This document shows positions 63,662-64,000 of a stretch of DNA of 64,000 nucleotides, piece after piece. The first letter of the stretch is position 1, and every line of letters begins with the position of its first letter. The stretch comes from Patescibacteria group bacterium (GTDB lineage Bacteria; Patescibacteriota; Minisyncoccia; UBA6257; 02-FULL-45-10c). The notes under the pieces are model-generated. The model searched no databases. It was not told the origin of the DNA and saw nothing but the letters and a program-made list of their open reading frames with translations. The translations under genes and the position numbers were made by a program. The stretch spans positions 1,286 through 65,285 of the forward strand of contig JAGWYA010000005.1 in assembly GCA_018969615.1 (NCBI GenBank). The letters are read 5' to 3'.

Positions 63662-63881
63662 AGGAGCGTGATTGTTTTTAGAATAACATCTTTGCGCCTC
63701 CGCCGAAATGCAGGGTAGAGGATGGGAAATGATAGAATGGGCGTGATTTCAGATGATCCAGCCGGGAAAATGGATGAGAAGCATCGCGCGCTTATTGGCA
63801 AAATGTATCCCCGGCACTGGTGATATCGTCAGCGTCTTTTTCCAAAAATAGCCACAAAATAGGTGATCGGCCCCTACCTCT

Positions 63882-63923
63882 TTTTTATTTTAATTCTTTT
63901 AGTTTTTTCTCCCCCTATTATCC
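63882..63923. repeat. 42-bp perfect palindrome CTCCCCCTATTATCCACGCATATGCGTGGATAATAGGGGGAG. It contains two inverted DnaA-box-like 9-mers (TTATCCACG) and is embedded in AT-rich DNA with outer inverted repeats (ATTTTAATTC/GAATTAAAAT).
   Basis: Direct reading. The consensus DnaA box is TTATCCACA. Confidence 0.8.
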
Positions 63924-64000
63924 ACGCATATGCGTGGATAATAGGGGGGAGGAGGCGGATAAGATAAAGATCGAATTAAAATAAAAAGGCATTGATAAAG

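Overview
This 64 kb window comes from a moderately GC-rich bacterial chromosome. Typical sigma-70 promoters and many rho-independent terminators are visible. The gene content has a CPR/Parcubacteria-like flavour (inference only): a very large glycosylation locus, peptidoglycan-binding surface proteins with Thr-rich linkers, a sigma-70-region-4 fusion protein and a TraD/VirD4-like ATPase.

Core content:
- Four tRNA genes: Ala-TGC, Arg-TCG, Pro-CGG and Ala-CGC. Three of them lack an encoded CCA, and a CCA-adding enzyme is encoded right next to tRNA-Arg.
- Housekeeping genes: a 2-Cys peroxiredoxin, a CDP-alcohol phosphatidyltransferase, an APC amino-acid permease, RsmE, a P-type ATPase and a CYTH protein.
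- A ~40 kb surface-glycan/protein-glycosylation island (18.7-58.8 kb). It contains about 9 GT4 glycosyltransferases, 4 polyprenyl-phosphate-sugar-synthase-like GT2 enzymes, several ArnT/PMT-like GT-C membrane transferases, 2 AsnB amidotransferases, 6 class-I SAM methyltransferases, an exostosin-like GT, a Wzx-like flippase and an O-antigen-ligase-like protein. It sits next to a 1209-aa Ser/Thr-rich surface protein that has a peptidoglycan-binding domain.

The most unusual signals are at the sequence level:
1. A dispersed family of short tandem heptanucleotide tracts, (N-T-T-Y-G-A-C) x 3-5, at seven or more loci. Some lie inside coding sequences, in frame: rsmE and two GT4 genes. One GT4 gene carries three tracts.
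2. Two families of long perfect hairpins (16-26 bp stems). Each family has a conserved 13-nt loop and co-varying stems. One family forms a three-copy array just upstream of a leaderless HTH-regulator gene. Family 1 loop: ATTGAAATTCCAC. Family 2 loop: GTAAGAmCCCGGT.
3. Duplicated tRNA 3'-ends downstream of three tRNA genes, plus tRNA-like T-arm fragments.
4. A 42-bp perfect palindrome carrying inverted DnaA-box-like 9-mers in AT-rich DNA at the window edge. This may be an origin-like region.
5. Compositionally distinct AT-rich sub-islands at 0.38-0.88 kb and ~48.4-55.1 kb.

No rRNA, CRISPR array or clear transposase was found.
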